Of a DNA stretch of 64,000 nt, positions 46,022-54,854 are shown piece by piece (position 1 is the first letter of the stretch; every line of letters begins with the position of its first letter). Under the pieces are notes generated by a model. That model made no database searches. It was not told where the DNA came from and saw nothing but the letters and a program-made list of their open reading frames with translations. Source of the DNA: a bacterium (GTDB taxonomy: Bacteria > Bacillota_I > Bacilli_A > RFN20 > CAG-826); assembly GCA_963638555.1 (NCBI GenBank), contig CAVHQU010000001.1:99560-163559 (forward strand), written 5' to 3'. The position numbers were made by a program, and so were the translations under genes.

Positions 46022-47780
46022 GTTTCTTATCCCTTAAATACGTCTCTTGATATTCTCTAGCGATTTTATCATTTGCCTCTTTCATCTTTCTTGGTTCAAT
46101 TTTGATCACTTCTCTATCGTATGTAACTAGGCCATTTACTTCTTCTTCGACATCGCTCAGCTGAGTATAAATTGAGATACACAATCTAGCCTTTTTAACT
46201 CCACGCATGACCTCTTTTTCAAAAAGATGAGTTAATCCAGTTTGCAAATCTTCCTTGTTTTTAAACGTCTTGTAGCCAAATTCTTTATCGCTCCAAGAAT
46301 GATCTTTTATATAACAAGAATATCCGCCAAATTCTGTTAATGACATTAAACGTTCCCTATCATTTCTTAACCATACAGGCCTAAAATAGATATGTCTTGA
46401 ACGGAAGTCTCCTGTCTTTTTATCGTACCATCCGCTTGTCGCGTCAACGAGTCTCGAGGAATCTAATTCTTTTAATTTTTTTAAGCATCCAATAGTATCG
46501 AACTGACCCCATCCTTCATTAAATAAAGTCCAAATCAAAATGGAAGGAACATTATAAAGATTATCTATTGTTTCTTTCATCTCTACTAAAAACTGGTTTT
46601 TAGATTCATCATTTATACGTCCAAGGATTGGGTTTTTATCCGAAATCTTTAATGGCAGAAAGGGGGCAAGATTAATAAGAAGTTGGGAATATTTAGCTCC
46701 GCCATTAAGCATATCTTGAATAACAACTATGCCTTCTTTATCACATAAATAATACCAGCGACGAAGCTCAATTTTGATATGTTTTCTAAGGCAATTAAAA
46801 CCACATTCTTTAGTCAATCTAATGTCATAATATAAAGCATCTACGCTAGGTGGGGTCAATCCGCCATCAGGGTAATATCCTTGATCTAGAAGGCCACTAA
46901 GAAAAATAGGCTTATCATTAAGCAAAAGATATTTGTATCCATTGGCTATTTCAAAAGATATTTTCCTAGCTCCATAAATCGAATGAACTTCATCATCTTC
47001 CGTTTTATAGACGATGTCATAAAGATTAGGTTCATTTGGAGACCATGGATGAAATGAGGTAGATATATCAATCTCCGATTTTAAATCATTATCAAAAACA
47101 CCCTGCGAAACCAGCTTATTTTTGAAATATACAAAAATATCGATATTTTCAATTTTCCCTTGCGTTTTCCCATTAAAAATCAATTTTTTATCATCAAAAT
47201 CGCAGGAAATTTTAACGAATTCTAAAAATTTATCTGAAGTAAGGAATTCTAAATAGACTTCTTGCCAAATACCACTAGTTGGCGTGTACCAAATTCCTTT
47301 TGGATTATTCGATTGTTTTCCTCTTGCATATTTAGGAGAATCTGTATCATCATGGGCTATTAATTCAATCACTATTTTTTCTTTCAAAGAAGGAAGAAAA
47401 ATGGAAAAAGGAGAATAACCACCTTCATGGTAGAAGACATGTTCACCATTGATGTAGACATCACATTCTTGATCAACGGCCATAAATCTAAGCAAGCAAT
47501 TCTTTCCAATATATTTTTCGTCAATTGAAATCTCTTTTCTGTAATGAAGATAATCATCTTTTTCAATCTTTTGATTTATTCCGCTCAAAGGAGTTTCTGG
47601 AGAGAAAGGCACAAGGATTTTTTGTGGATATTCGTTTGGCAATTCTTTCTTTTTATCAATCAAGAAATCCCATTCACCATTTAAAGAAAGAAAATCGTCT
47701 CTTCTCCAATACGGATCTGGATGGCCATCTAACGGGCAAGCTTTATTAATTGTATTTGAGAATTTTGTTTTTAATTTCAT
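46008..47780 (-). CDS. glycoside hydrolase family 2 protein (beta-galactosidase/glucuronidase-like)
   Basis: 590 aa with a sugar-binding N-domain and a TIM barrel carrying WTLFNEGWGQFD (acid/base NE). Confidence 0.8.
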   Translation of the reverse strand: MKLKTKFSNTINKACPLDGHPDPYWRRDDFLSLNGEWDFLIDKKKELPNEYPQKILVPFSPETPLSGINQKIEKDDYLHYRKEISIDEKYIGKNCLLRFMAVDQECDVYINGEHVFYHEGGYSPFSIFLPSLKEKIVIELIAHDDTDSPKYARGKQSNNPKGIWYTPTSGIWQEVYLEFLTSDKFLEFVKISCDFDDKKLIFNGKTQGKIENIDIFVYFKNKLVSQGVFDNDLKSEIDISTSFHPWSPNEPNLYDIVYKTEDDEVHSIYGARKISFEIANGYKYLLLNDKPIFLSGLLDQGYYPDGGLTPPSVDALYYDIRLTKECGFNCLRKHIKIELRRWYYLCDKEGIVVIQDMLNGGAKYSQLLINLAPFLPLKISDKNPILGRINDESKNQFLVEMKETIDNLYNVPSILIWTLFNEGWGQFDTIGCLKKLKELDSSRLVDATSGWYDKKTGDFRSRHIYFRPVWLRNDRERLMSLTEFGGYSCYIKDHSWSDKEFGYKTFKNKEDLQTGLTHLFEKEVMRGVKKARLCISIYTQLSDVEEEVNGLVTYDREVIKIEPRKMKEANDKIAREYQETYLRDKKHEKN

Positions 47781-47838
47781 AAATACATTTTAAACAAAAA
47801 TAACTAGCAATGGTAAAATTATATTTAGAGGTTATTTT

Positions 47839-49023
47839 ATGAATAAATTTGAGATTATCAAAAGCAAATTAATAAGTGACAATGTAGATGCTTGGGTACT
47901 TGTTGATTATGAGAATAAAAATCAAACAGTCGTTTCATTTTTGGGAAATAAAATGTTAACAAGAAAAATCATCTTAGTTTTCCCTAAAGGAGAAAAGCCA
48001 TATATAATCTGTCATTCAATCGATACAGTATTTTTAAACGATCCTACAATTCTTAAGGATTTTGATTTAAAGATCTATAAGACGTGGCAGGAAATGTTGG
48101 AAATCGAAAAACTTTCTTTTGCTAATTACAAGAGAGTTTATATGGATATTTCTGAGAATGGTTTATTGCCTAGAATTGCTTTAGCCGATTACGGATCCGT
48201 GGCATACGTGAAGTCGTTAAACATTGAAATTATCTCATCTGGAGACCTTCTTCAACAATTCAACGCTCTATATTCATCAAGAGCTCACGAGCTCCAATTG
48301 AAGGCTTGTGAATTAGCCTTAAAAATCAAAGATGAAGCATTCGATAAAATCAAGAAAGAAATACTCGAACATGGCGAAGTCCAAGAATATGTAATTCAGC
48401 AATTCATATGTGATAGATTCCATGAAGAGGGAATGGTTTACGACGATCCAGCAATCGTTGCAGTAGGCAAAAACGCTTCAAATCCACATTATGGTCCAGA
48501 TGAACGCACTTCTTCATTGATTCATAAGGGCGATGTCGTTTTGATTGATATGTGGGCAAAAATGGACGATCCGGAAGGCGTATATGCTGACATTACTTGG
48601 ATGGGGTTTGTCGGCGAAGCAGTACCAGAAGAAATTGAAAATCGTTTCCAAATCCTCAAAACAGCAATTGATAAAGATATAGAATTCCTTGAAAAGAACC
48701 TTCCTTTGCGCCGAGTTGAAGGATATGAGGTTGACGATGTAGGAAGAACTTATATATCTTCAAAGGGATATGGGCAATATTTCACTCATAGAACAGGGCA
48801 CTCAATCGCCGTTGATGTCTCTCCACATGGCCCTGGCGTTAACATTGATAACTATGAATCGCATGATACTAGAGAAATTGCGGATGGCGTAACCTTCTCG
48901 CTAGAGCCAGGTATATATGCACCAGATTATGGCATGAGAAGCGAGACCGACATTTATATTGAAAACCGTAAGCCTATTACAGTTGGTGGTAGGCAAGACC
49001 ACGTTATTGCTATTTTGAAATAA
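47839..49023 (+). CDS. M24-family Xaa-Pro peptidase
   Basis: 394 aa with metal ligands in DMWA...D, HRTGHSIA, LEPGIY and ETD. Confidence 0.85.
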   Translation: MNKFEIIKSKLISDNVDAWVLVDYENKNQTVVSFLGNKMLTRKIILVFPKGEKPYIICHSIDTVFLNDPTILKDFDLKIYKTWQEMLEIEKLSFANYKRVYMDISENGLLPRIALADYGSVAYVKSLNIEIISSGDLLQQFNALYSSRAHELQLKACELALKIKDEAFDKIKKEILEHGEVQEYVIQQFICDRFHEEGMVYDDPAIVAVGKNASNPHYGPDERTSSLIHKGDVVLIDMWAKMDDPEGVYADITWMGFVGEAVPEEIENRFQILKTAIDKDIEFLEKNLPLRRVEGYEVDDVGRTYISSKGYGQYFTHRTGHSIAVDVSPHGPGVNIDNYESHDTREIADGVTFSLEPGIYAPDYGMRSETDIYIENRKPITVGGRQDHVIAILK

Positions 49024-49025
49024 CA

Positions 49026-50150
49026 ATGAAAGAAAAAGAATTACACAAAAACCTATATATGCTTGAAGGAAGCTATATCAAAAAAGGTTACGACTGGTGG
49101 TGGCACTCCTTCACGGCAATAAGCGAAAAAACGCATGAAGAGAAAGCTTTTTACGTAGAATATTTCTTTATTAATCCATTGCTTTCGCCGTCAAAAGTAA
49201 TACACGGGGTCGATGGATTGCCATCATACATGATGTTAAATTGTGGTTCTTGGGGAAAGGAAAATAAATCTCAGTTACATCGTTTTTATTGTTATAACGA
49301 TGTTACTATAGCAAAAGATCACCTAGAGGTTTCAGGCGATGAGTTCTTCTTATCAGAGAACCATATCAAGGGGCATGTGAATGTCAAAAAGCCTACACCA
49401 AGTATGCTATGTGACGAGGGCGAGATGTCCTTTGATATTAAATTAGACAAGAAAATAACATACGACGTTGGTTACGGCACTTCTCCTATATTCAGAAAAT
49501 TAAAAGCATTCGATATGTATTGGCACGCTCAAGGAGTAAAAACCATAATGTCAGGCGAAGTCACATATAATGGCGAAAAATATATCATTAATCCTGAAAC
49601 TTGTTATGGCTACTCAGATAAAAATTGGGGGAAGGATTTTACTTCTCCGTGGGTTTGGTTATCTTCATGGGACCTTGTAAGTGAAGTTTCTGGGAAAAGG
49701 CTAAACAACTCCGTTTTTGAAATTGGTGGGGGACGTCCGCGCGCTTTTGGTATTACATTCAATAGAAAGCTATTAATCGCAATGTTCTACGAAGGAAAGA
49801 AATACGAATTCAACTTTTCTAAATTTTGGACATTCACGAAAACAAAATTTGATTGTTATGAAACCGATGAAAAAATTATTTGGGATATAACTACAAAAAG
49901 TTTTAAAAATAGATTAGTTGTTCATATTGAATGCCCTAAAGAGGAAATGTTACTAATTAATTATGAAGCCCCAAATGGTGAAAAGAAATTCCATAGATTA
50001 TTCAATGGTGGAACGGGATCAGGATACCTTGAACTTTACCATGGAAAGAAATTGATTGATAAAATGAAAACTGGCCATGTAGGATGTGAATACGGAACCT
50101 ATCATTCTGAAGGCGACAATTATTACAAAAAAGTAAAGGAAAACGCCTAG
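49026..50150 (+). CDS. hypothetical protein, possibly tocopherol-cyclase-like family
   Basis: 374 aa. The stretch CYGYSDKNWGKDFTSPWVWLSS resembles the EKNWG..FP..W.W motif of tocopherol-cyclase-family proteins (from memory). The call is weak. Confidence 0.35.
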   Translation: MKEKELHKNLYMLEGSYIKKGYDWWWHSFTAISEKTHEEKAFYVEYFFINPLLSPSKVIHGVDGLPSYMMLNCGSWGKENKSQLHRFYCYNDVTIAKDHLEVSGDEFFLSENHIKGHVNVKKPTPSMLCDEGEMSFDIKLDKKITYDVGYGTSPIFRKLKAFDMYWHAQGVKTIMSGEVTYNGEKYIINPETCYGYSDKNWGKDFTSPWVWLSSWDLVSEVSGKRLNNSVFEIGGGRPRAFGITFNRKLLIAMFYEGKKYEFNFSKFWTFTKTKFDCYETDEKIIWDITTKSFKNRLVVHIECPKEEMLLINYEAPNGEKKFHRLFNGGTGSGYLELYHGKKLIDKMKTGHVGCEYGTYHSEGDNYYKKVKENA

Positions 50151-50168
50151 ATGTCCTAGGCGTTTTTT
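50143..50168. terminator. terminator between convergent genes
   Basis: Stem CGCCTAG (50144-50150) / CTAGGCG (50156-50162), followed by T6. Confidence 0.75.
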
Positions 50169-50183
50169 AAAATTTCAAGAAAG

Positions 50184-51635
50184 TTAAGCCTTAGCTTTGA
50201 TATATTCATCAATCGCGGCAGCAGCATTTTTTCCCGCACCCATAGCAAGGATAACGGTGGCTGCTCCTGTTACAGCATCACCACCAGCAAATACGCCTTC
50301 TTTTGTTGTTGCTCCATTTTCACCAGTAGTAATAATGCAACCATGTGAATTGGTTTCTAACCCTTTTGTCGTATTTTTAATAAGCGGATTTGGCGATGTG
50401 CCAATAGATTGAATAACGACATCTACTTCAAGTTCGAACTCACTCCCAGGAATTTCAACTGGCCTTCTTCTACCTGACGCATCAGGCTCTCCGAGTTCCA
50501 TTTTGATGCAACGCATGCCCTTAACGTTGAATTTACCATCGTCAAGAATAGCAACAGGATTATTAAGAAGCTTAAATTCAACCCCTTCTTCCATTGCGTG
50601 TTCGACTTCTTCTTTGCGAGCAGGAAGTTCTTCTAACGAACGACGATAGACAATATAAACTTTTTCCGCTCCAAGTCTTAAAGCAGAACGCGCAGCATCC
50701 ATTGCAACATTTCCACCACCAATGATAGCAACTTTCTTTCCATGGACAACTGGTGTTTCTGGATCGTCTTTGTACGCTTTCATCAAATTTATACGTGTTA
50801 AGAATTCATTAGCAGATAAAACTCCATTGAGATTTTCTCCAGGAATTCCCATAAAACGAGGCAAGCCTGCACCAGAGCCAACGAATATTGCTTCATATCC
50901 ACCATCCATTAATTCATCAATCGAATGAATCTTTCCTATGACCTCATTCGTTTTTATCGTGACACCCATCTTTTCAAGATATGTGCATTCTTTTTTGACG
51001 ATATCTTTTGGCAAACGGAATTCAGGAATACCATATGAAAGAACTCCACCAGCGACATGTAATGCCTCAAAAACAGTTACTTCATAACCGAGTTTTGCTA
51101 AATCTCCAGCACATGTTAAGCCAGAAGGTCCTGAACCAATAATAGCAACTTTATGGCCATTGCTTTTGGTTTTAGTAAATTCGACAAGATTGTTCTCTCT
51201 TGCATAATCGGCAACATATCTTTCAAGTCTTCCTATAGCAACAGCCTCATTGTTGCCTTTAGTAACCATTTTGCCATTTTCATCTTTTTCTCTTATTGGC
51301 ATTTTACCTCTAAGGCAGTTCTTCTCACATTGAGATTCTTGCGGGCAAACACGGCCACAAATAGAGGAAAGAGAGGATGATTTTAGAAGAATGTCGTTAG
51401 CACCTTTAATATCGTCTTCACGAATTTTAGCGATGAATCCAGGAATATCTATATGAACAGGACATCCCGGAACACATGCAGGTTTTGGACAATCTAAGCA
51501 ACGGAAAGCTTCATCAATCGCCATTTCATGAGTATATCCAGAAGTAACTTCTTTGAAATTATGAGCCCTAACTTTAGGATCTTGAGCAGGCATCGGATTT
51601 TTATCCATTCTCATGTTAACTTTGTAGTTTGGCAT
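50184..51635 (-). CDS. nfnB: NADPH-dependent GltD-like oxidoreductase, probable NfnB
   Basis: 483 aa with N-terminal Fe-S cysteines (CLDCPKPACVPGCP, CGRVCP..C), two Rossmann motifs (GSGPSGL, GGGNVAMD) and pairing with an NfnA-like gene. Confidence 0.8.
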   Translation of the reverse strand: MPNYKVNMRMDKNPMPAQDPKVRAHNFKEVTSGYTHEMAIDEAFRCLDCPKPACVPGCPVHIDIPGFIAKIREDDIKGANDILLKSSSLSSICGRVCPQESQCEKNCLRGKMPIREKDENGKMVTKGNNEAVAIGRLERYVADYARENNLVEFTKTKSNGHKVAIIGSGPSGLTCAGDLAKLGYEVTVFEALHVAGGVLSYGIPEFRLPKDIVKKECTYLEKMGVTIKTNEVIGKIHSIDELMDGGYEAIFVGSGAGLPRFMGIPGENLNGVLSANEFLTRINLMKAYKDDPETPVVHGKKVAIIGGGNVAMDAARSALRLGAEKVYIVYRRSLEELPARKEEVEHAMEEGVEFKLLNNPVAILDDGKFNVKGMRCIKMELGEPDASGRRRPVEIPGSEFELEVDVVIQSIGTSPNPLIKNTTKGLETNSHGCIITTGENGATTKEGVFAGGDAVTGAATVILAMGAGKNAAAAIDEYIKAKA

Positions 51636-51637
51636 AA

Positions 51638-52480
51638 TTATTTAACCTCCTTGTTGAATAAATTGCAGGTTTCTTCGTATTTATGCTTTTCCCATTCGCG
51701 GTATATTCCACCACGGCAACGAGCTTCATCAAAATCAACTTCCGCCCCGTCAAAATCAGGGCCATCAACACAGGCAAATTTAGTTTTTCCGCCAACCGTG
51801 AGACGGCAGCCACCACACATGCCGGTGCCATCAATCATAATTGGATTCATTGAAACGACGATCTTAATGCCTTTTTCTTTGCACATAAGGGCAACGAATT
51901 TCATCATGGCAATAGGGCCAATGGCGATTACTTCATCATAAACGTTTCCTTCATCTAAAAGAGATTGGAGAGCATTCGTAACTAGTCCTTTCTCTCCAGC
52001 CGTTCCATCATCAGTCATGATTTTAAAAGCATCTGAACATGCTTTAAATTCATCTTCTAAGATAACAAGGTCCTTATTTCTAAAACCGACAATTGAGTGA
52101 ACTGTCGCCCCTCTTCTATGAAGTTCTTGGGCGATTGGCATTGCGATTGCACTACCAGCGCCACCGCCAATGATGCAAACTTTTTTAAGCCCTTCCAATT
52201 CAGTTGGTCTACCTAAAGGACCAACAAAATCTTGGATATATTCTCCTTCTTCTTTAAGAGAAAGCTTATAGGTCGTAGAACCTACAACTTGGAAAATAAG
52301 CTTTACTGTGCCTTTTTCTATATCTTCTCCGGCAATAGTTAAAGGAATTCTTTCTCCGTCTTCATCAACTCTAAGAATGATGAATTCTCCAGGTTTTGCT
52401 TTCTTTGCAATCTCCAAAGATTCAACGTCCATCTCCACGATTGTCGGGTTTAAAACACGTTTTCTTGCAATCTTATACAT
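51638..52480 (-). CDS. nfnA: ferredoxin-NADP+ reductase-like FAD/NAD-binding subunit, probable NfnA
   Basis: 280 aa with the PyrK-like fold pattern, GGGAGSA and a C-terminal 2Fe-2S Cys cluster (CGGCR...C). Confidence 0.8.
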   Translation of the reverse strand: MYKIARKRVLNPTIVEMDVESLEIAKKAKPGEFIILRVDEDGERIPLTIAGEDIEKGTVKLIFQVVGSTTYKLSLKEEGEYIQDFVGPLGRPTELEGLKKVCIIGGGAGSAIAMPIAQELHRRGATVHSIVGFRNKDLVILEDEFKACSDAFKIMTDDGTAGEKGLVTNALQSLLDEGNVYDEVIAIGPIAMMKFVALMCKEKGIKIVVSMNPIMIDGTGMCGGCRLTVGGKTKFACVDGPDFDGAEVDFDEARCRGGIYREWEKHKYEETCNLFNKEVK

Positions 52481-52492
52481 ATCTTCCCTCCT

Positions 52493-53269
52493 TTAGAAAC
52501 CCATTGTCTTTTTCAGCCTTGCCACAAAGGGATCTTTTTCCTTTGAATAACAACAAACTTTTTTATCCGATATCTTAATTGAGAACTCTTTAGATGTTTT
52601 TTCTTTAGTAAGGATATTGTCTACTAAAAGGCTCCCAGAACGATTGTTTCTTTCTTTGAAAGTTAAAGTTCTTTCTTTAGATAAAACGACTGGCGAGCCA
52701 ATAGGTTGATAAGCTTTGGAACGTATAGCGGCAATCTCTGTCATTATCATTCCATCATTATCTATATCCACCACAGGACCATTAATTGATCTGTTATATC
52801 CCATCGAACCAGTCGAAGTAGATATAACAAGTCCCATGCCAAAATATTGTTCAAACTTCTCATTATCAAGATAAACATCATATTCAACGTTATGAATAAG
52901 GCCACTGATAATGAACTCATTAATTGAGTAATATGTGTTTTCATTGTCTTGATATTCAAGCAAAGAGAAATTTCTTGAAGGAAAGGAGCCTTTCTTAATT
53001 GAATTTAGAATATTTACATAGTCGTTAAAATCAAATTCGTTGTAATAACCAATTGTTCCGGTATTAAAAGATAAGAACTTCTTATTTTCAAAATAATCTT
53101 CATATTTATGGAATGCGCCTAAAAAAGTCCCATCCCCTCCAATAACTATAATCAATTCTGGATTCTCTTCATCAAAAGAAAAGAAGGAATCAATAGATAA
53201 AAAGGACTTAATTTTCAAAGTCATTTCTTTAGAAAAAGAATCATCTCGATTAAAAATACAATAACGCAT
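52493..53269 (-). CDS. nadK: NAD kinase
   Basis: GGDGT motif and NE..I conserved block. Start placed at ATG 53269 (MRYCIFNRDD...), 7 nt after TATAAT (53277-53282); the track start is 53302. Confidence 0.88.
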   Translation of the reverse strand: MRYCIFNRDDSFSKEMTLKIKSFLSIDSFFSFDEENPELIIVIGGDGTFLGAFHKYEDYFENKKFLSFNTGTIGYYNEFDFNDYVNILNSIKKGSFPSRNFSLLEYQDNENTYYSINEFIISGLIHNVEYDVYLDNEKFEQYFGMGLVISTSTGSMGYNRSINGPVVDIDNDGMIMTEIAAIRSKAYQPIGSPVVLSKERTLTFKERNNRSGSLLVDNILTKEKTSKEFSIKISDKKVCCYSKEKDPFVARLKKTMGF

Positions 53270-53352
53270 ATACACAATTATATTGTATTTGTGGATAAAC
53301 ATATTTCAATAATTACTTATCGATAAATTGTTCTCCTATATTTTAATGTAAA

Positions 53353-53381
53353 CAAAAAGATGGGCCCCATAAACCCATCTT
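53353..53381 (-). terminator. rho-independent terminator after hsp20
   Basis: Stem AAGATGGG / CCCATCTT with a 9-nt loop, followed on the minus strand by a T-run. Confidence 0.7.
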
Positions 53382-53403
53382 CTTGTAACTATATTTAACG
53401 ATA

Positions 53404-53829
53404 CTAGAGAATTGCAATCTTAGTTTCTTTTGCTTCTTCTGGAACTGCTTTTGGAACAAAGAGATTCAATACGCCGTTTTCGAATTTTGCAATAATGTTC
53501 TTTTCATCAACTTCACCAATGTAGTAAGAACGACTGACATTTTCAAAATATCTTTCTCTACGGATATATTTAGATGTTTCTTTTTCGTCTTCTTTTGTTT
53601 CATCGGAAGAATGAACTTCGATCTTTAAATATCCATCTTTAAAAGAGACGGAGATGTTTTCTTTGGCAACTCCAGGAAGATCAATATCAAATGTATATCC
53701 TTTTTCATCTTCTTTGATATCAGTTCTCATTTGAAGACCTCTGTATTTGCCTTCCTTATATGCTGGCGCAAAGAAGTCGAAGAATGGGTCAAGCAATCCG
53801 TTGCTGTAGTTTGTTAATTCATTAATCAT
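53404..53829 (-). CDS. Hsp20/alpha-crystallin-family small heat-shock protein
   Basis: 141 aa with an alpha-crystallin domain (..TDIKEDEKGYTFDIDLPGVAKENISVSFKDGYLKIEV... FENGVLNLFVPK). Confidence 0.93.
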   Translation of the reverse strand: MINELTNYSNGLLDPFFDFFAPAYKEGKYRGLQMRTDIKEDEKGYTFDIDLPGVAKENISVSFKDGYLKIEVHSSDETKEDEKETSKYIRRERYFENVSRSYYIGEVDEKNIIAKFENGVLNLFVPKAVPEEAKETKIAIL

Positions 53830-53851
53830 AATTTAATACCTCCAATGTGGT

Positions 53852-53878
53852 TTAGCACTCTTTTCTCTCAAGTGCTAA
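53852..53878. promoter_or_regulatory. CIRCE operator (HrcA binding site)
   Basis: TTAGCACTC-N9-AAGTGCTAA versus the consensus TTAGCACTC-N9-GAGTGCTAA (one mismatch). Lies between the -10 and the hsp20 RBS. Confidence 0.8.
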
Positions 53879-53882
53879 TACT

Positions 53883-53910
53883 ATTGTAATCAATCCTTTA
53901 GCACTGTCAA
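53883..53910 (-). promoter_or_regulatory. sigma-70 promoter of hsp20
   Basis: On the minus strand: TTGACA (53905-53910), 16 nt, TACAAT (53883-53888). Confidence 0.6.
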
Positions 53911-53924
53911 CACTAAATTGCTAA
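53898..53924. promoter_or_regulatory. second, degenerate CIRCE-like inverted repeat overlapping the -35
   Basis: TTAGCACTG-N9-AATTGCTAA. A further TTAGCA half-site lies at 53938-53943. Confidence 0.5.
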
Positions 53925-53971
53925 TTTTTTAAAACATTTAGCAATCATCGAATAAAAATTTGAAATATTTT

Positions 53972-54322
53972 TTAATCACGAAGAATATTTTTGATTTTAG
54001 CACTCAACTTTTTTTGAAAGACTTTGAAATTAATCAAATAGAAATCTCCATCAACCGTCTCAAACAAATAATTGAACAAATCATCATCGATAAGTTCGCA
54101 TATCTCATATGATGTATTTTCAATTAGCGCTTCTCGGTTAATTTCTCCTTTTTCTTTCCCATCAAACAGCTTATCAATGATATTGGAAATTTTTTTATGA
54201 AGAGTTTTTGCCTCGTAATGGCCTTTAGCTTGATGAGCATAAGGATATAATTCCGTTGATAATAAATAATTCAAATAATCAAACAATTCATTTTTTCTAT
54301 CGTTTTTAACTGCTTCTAGCAT
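53972..54322 (-). CDS. hypothetical protein (116 aa)
   Basis: ORF with a GGAGG SD 10 nt upstream. No family recognised. Confidence 0.5.
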   Translation of the reverse strand: MLEAVKNDRKNELFDYLNYLLSTELYPYAHQAKGHYEAKTLHKKISNIIDKLFDGKEKGEINREALIENTSYEICELIDDDLFNYLFETVDGDFYLINFKVFQKKLSAKIKNILRD

Positions 54323-54325
54323 AAA

Positions 54326-54356
54326 TTAAAAACCTCCTTCACTTATATAAAGGAGG
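54326..54356 (-). terminator. terminator-like hairpin after ybaK whose 3' arm is the SD of the next gene
   Basis: On the minus strand: CCUCCUU (54350-54356) / AAGGAGG (54333-54339), then U5 and, 10 nt on, the ATG at 54322. Confidence 0.6.
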
Positions 54357-54378
54357 AGTTTTAGAAAAAATGCCAAAA

Positions 54379-54852
54379 TTAATTCAAAATATCTACAAAT
54401 ATTCCGTTTGTATATTTAGCCAAATCTAGAGGGGATAATCCAACCTGGAAACCTCTTTTACCACCGGAAATATAAATCTTGTCGAATATTTGAGCTGTCT
54501 CATCAATAAAGACAGGTAAAGTTTTCTTTAAACCTATAGGAGAACAGCCACCATGAACATATCCAGTTAGTGGCAATAATTGTTTCTGTGGAATCATCTC
54601 TATAGATTTAGACGATGCGGCTTTTGCGGCTTTCTTAAGATTTAGTGTGCAGTTGACAGGAACTTCAAAAATGAAATGTTCATGTTTCTCATTCTCCACA
54701 ACAAGGCTTTTAAAAACACACTCAGGATTTTCAGCAAGTGCTTCCGCAACCTTCATCCCATCCACGATATTTTCATCATATTGATGAGCGCTATATTCAA
54801 TATTAGCCTCATCTAAAAGACGCATAACATTCGTTTTAACAATCTTCGTCAT
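54379..54852 (-). CDS. ybaK: Cys-tRNA(Pro)/Cys-tRNA(Cys) deacylase YbaK
   Basis: 157 aa containing MTKIVKTNVMRLLDEANIEY...FKSLVV...GGCSPIG..., the YbaK pattern. Confidence 0.88.
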   Translation of the reverse strand: MTKIVKTNVMRLLDEANIEYSAHQYDENIVDGMKVAEALAENPECVFKSLVVENEKHEHFIFEVPVNCTLNLKKAAKAASSKSIEMIPQKQLLPLTGYVHGGCSPIGLKKTLPVFIDETAQIFDKIYISGGKRGFQVGLSPLDLAKYTNGIFVDILN

Positions 54853-54854
54853 AA

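Noticed and set aside
53290-53298. Perfect DnaA box TTATCCACA (minus strand) near the nadK start.
   Set aside because: It is a single isolated 9-mer with no cluster or AT-rich unwinding element, which is compatible with chance.
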